This document shows positions 55,172 to 56,988 of a stretch of 56,988 bases of DNA, in pieces. Origin of the DNA: Squalus acanthias. Taxonomy: Eukaryota. Under the pieces are notes generated by a model, which was given only the letters and a program-made list of their open reading frames with translations, had not been told where the DNA came from and made no database searches. The stretch lies in contig JASTWF010000322.1 of NCBI GenBank assembly GCA_030390025.1, positions 496,001-552,988 on the forward strand, written 5' to 3'. The translations under genes were made by a program, and so were the position numbers. The first letter of the stretch is position 1, and every line of letters begins with the position of its first letter.

Positions 55172-56988
55172 ATGGAACGAATTCTAGTATTGCTCGCGGC
55201 AATCGGATGTGGATTGGCCTATCGAGGCCGCACCAAGGATGTCGTGGTGTTTGGATGTTCCGGGGACACGGCCCCCATCGCGGTGGATGGGACCGGAAGA
55301 CGGGAGGCAGAGGAGACCAGCACCTATTTCCACAAGGGAAGGTGGCCAGGATGGCTGGGAACGAACTCAACGGAGTATTCTAGCACATCGGGGTTTGCCT
55401 ACAAAGAGACTTCTTTACTGTGCCCCAAAGTAAGGATCATCGCACCCAGGATCAGCGTCACCGTCGGCAAACGGATTTGTTTGACTTGTAGTGGGAATGT
55501 CCCATTGAGCCGATGGTGGTGGCTGCGAAAGCTGAGCAAAACTATGAGGAACTCCTCGGTCGAGTGGGAACGACTGGGTAATAATACCCATCGGACAATT
55601 ACGGGGACAAACGGACAAGTGAAAGTCTGTTGGGACAAATGGTGGGAACCGGACGAGGGAATTTATGTATGTATGTGGGGGTCAAAGTACGTTTGCCCCA
55701 AAGGCATCTCCATATTTTTCATTAATCAATGGCAGGATAACGGACAGGGGATGAGGTGGGATGCGAGCACCAGGGGGTGCGGAGCCCCATTCTCCCCGAT
55801 CCCAGTAAATGCCACTGAGCTCATTACGCGCCCACGCAAAGCCCCGCCCACGATTCCGGTGGTTCTAGCTGAGGAAGAAGGGTGCCCTAAAACTAGTAAG
55901 GGACCCGGGAATGGTTTGGTACTGGTCCCCACAGACCAGATACTATTTCAGGGGGTACATTACGCGGTGGCCTCGGTGATTTTAAATCTCACCGAGGTGC
56001 GGTTACCAGAGTGGTGCCCCAAAAAGACGGAACAGTTGTATCAGGTCCTGTTGACCAAGATGTTCAGACAATTTTACGAATTCGATTTCGCGGAAATTGA
56101 TAAAACAAGTTTGTACACCGCACCACAGGAAGTTTTGGATCAAGTAGGGAGGCAAAGAAGGGGTTTGGTGAACGATGCGTTCACTGCTTTTAACACGGGT
56201 ACATCTGTGGTCAACGCTCTAGACAGTGTGGAGCTGCAGACCCAGATTAATGGTTTAAAGACACAATTAAAAGACATTCTAACAGATGAGAATAAAGTGG
56301 TAGGGTCGGGTTTACACGAGGACCAAGCCATGACTCTCCATTTAAAGGAAATTATAGCAGAGTTGGAGAAACATGCAAAGACGGTAAATGCCCTGATTAG
56401 GGAAGATCGGAATGCATCCGATCAAGCTGCGCAGAACGAGGTGTGCGTGCTTTACGGGGCGTGGTTACTGGGCGAGGGCCGCAGTAATTTGGAGGATTTA
56501 AAACAAGGTTTGGTTCCGTCCTGGATAAGTAACAAACACCTGCGGGCGCTCCACCCTTTTCAGAACGCATTAAGTCCGTGCCAGCTCAGGCTAGCTTCAG
56601 AAGCATACCCAGTCCCCGTGGACTGCGGACGTTCAAACCATACTATTATGGGAATAGTATTACGCATGCCGGTTTTGGGCGACACAGCAAAGCCCGCCCC
56701 GGTATATCGGGTAGAGAACATTGGTGTCATTCAGCGGGGAGCCCACATTCGCTATGCAGCGGTTCCACCTTACGTCATCCGCTGGGAGCAAACGATGACA
56801 GGTACAGATCTCTCTGGTTGTCGTGGCAGGGGAGCACACATAATACTGTGCCCCCAGCACTTGAATGCCTTTTTAACACCACAGTGCGGGTTCAGAACGA
56901 CTGGCGCCAAGTCCATGAATTGCACCATGGAGGCAATGGCACAAGATCATGTGCCTCCGCAGGTAGCATACATCGGGGGTGGAACATA
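55172..56988 (+). CDS. env: Env of provirus 2, partial (runs off the window)
   Basis: ATG at 55172 (MERILVLLAAIGCGLA); collinear with copy-1 env at constant offset 28266 (no net indel). Absent from the ORF track, presumably because no stop is reached. Confidence 0.88.
   Translation, partial: MERILVLLAAIGCGLAYRGRTKDVVVFGCSGDTAPIAVDGTGRREAEETSTYFHKGRWPGWLGTNSTEYSSTSGFAYKETSLLCPKVRIIAPRISVTVGKRICLTCSGNVPLSRWWWLRKLSKTMRNSSVEWERLGNNTHRTITGTNGQVKVCWDKWWEPDEGIYVCMWGSKYVCPKGISIFFINQWQDNGQGMRWDASTRGCGAPFSPIPVNATELITRPRKAPPTIPVVLAEEEGCPKTSKGPGNGLVLVPTDQILFQGVHYAVASVILNLTEVRLPEWCPKKTEQLYQVLLTKMFRQFYEFDFAEIDKTSLYTAPQEVLDQVGRQRRGLVNDAFTAFNTGTSVVNALDSVELQTQINGLKTQLKDILTDENKVVGSGLHEDQAMTLHLKEIIAELEKHAKTVNALIREDRNASDQAAQNEVCVLYGAWLLGEGRSNLEDLKQGLVPSWISNKHLRALHPFQNALSPCQLRLASEAYPVPVDCGRSNHTIMGIVLRMPVLGDTAKPAPVYRVENIGVIQRGAHIRYAAVPPYVIRWEQTMTGTDLSGCRGRGAHIILCPQHLNAFLTPQCGFRTTGAKSMNCTMEAMAQDHVPPQVAYIGGGT

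Larger units (their letters stand above)
46907..56988 (+). mobile_element. Second provirus of the same family (diverged), truncated by the window end
   Basis: LTR 46907-48569, PBS 48575-48592, and gag, pol, env collinear with copy 1. Confidence 0.95.

Overview
Repeat-saturated vertebrate genomic DNA. The mix of Deu-domain SINE, CR1, L2, RTE and Penelope families suggests a cartilaginous fish (inference). The only recognisable host gene is beta-tubulin exon 1 with its promoter at the left edge (minus strand). The main element is a complete, very young 12.6-kb endogenous retrovirus (18670-31275; 1633-bp near-identical LTRs, GAAT target-site duplication, tRNA-Arg(TCG) PBS). Its gag and pol are in frame across a UGA-CUAG readthrough stop. 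Pol carries a degenerate gypsy-type plus an intact retroviral-type RNase H. Env resembles a paramyxovirus/pneumovirus F protein with an extra N-terminal Ig-like domain, so the element is lokiretrovirus-like. It sits between the two convergent, intact genes (spliced Myb/SANT gene and DDE transposase) of a PIF/Harbinger transposon. A diverged second provirus of the same family starts at 46907, directly after a 10.6-kb 50-bp minisatellite derived from a CR1 3' end, and runs off the window. Also present: a Harbinger MITE, an inverted Penelope fragment with two minimal hammerhead ribozymes, and several TE-derived tandem arrays and local duplications.
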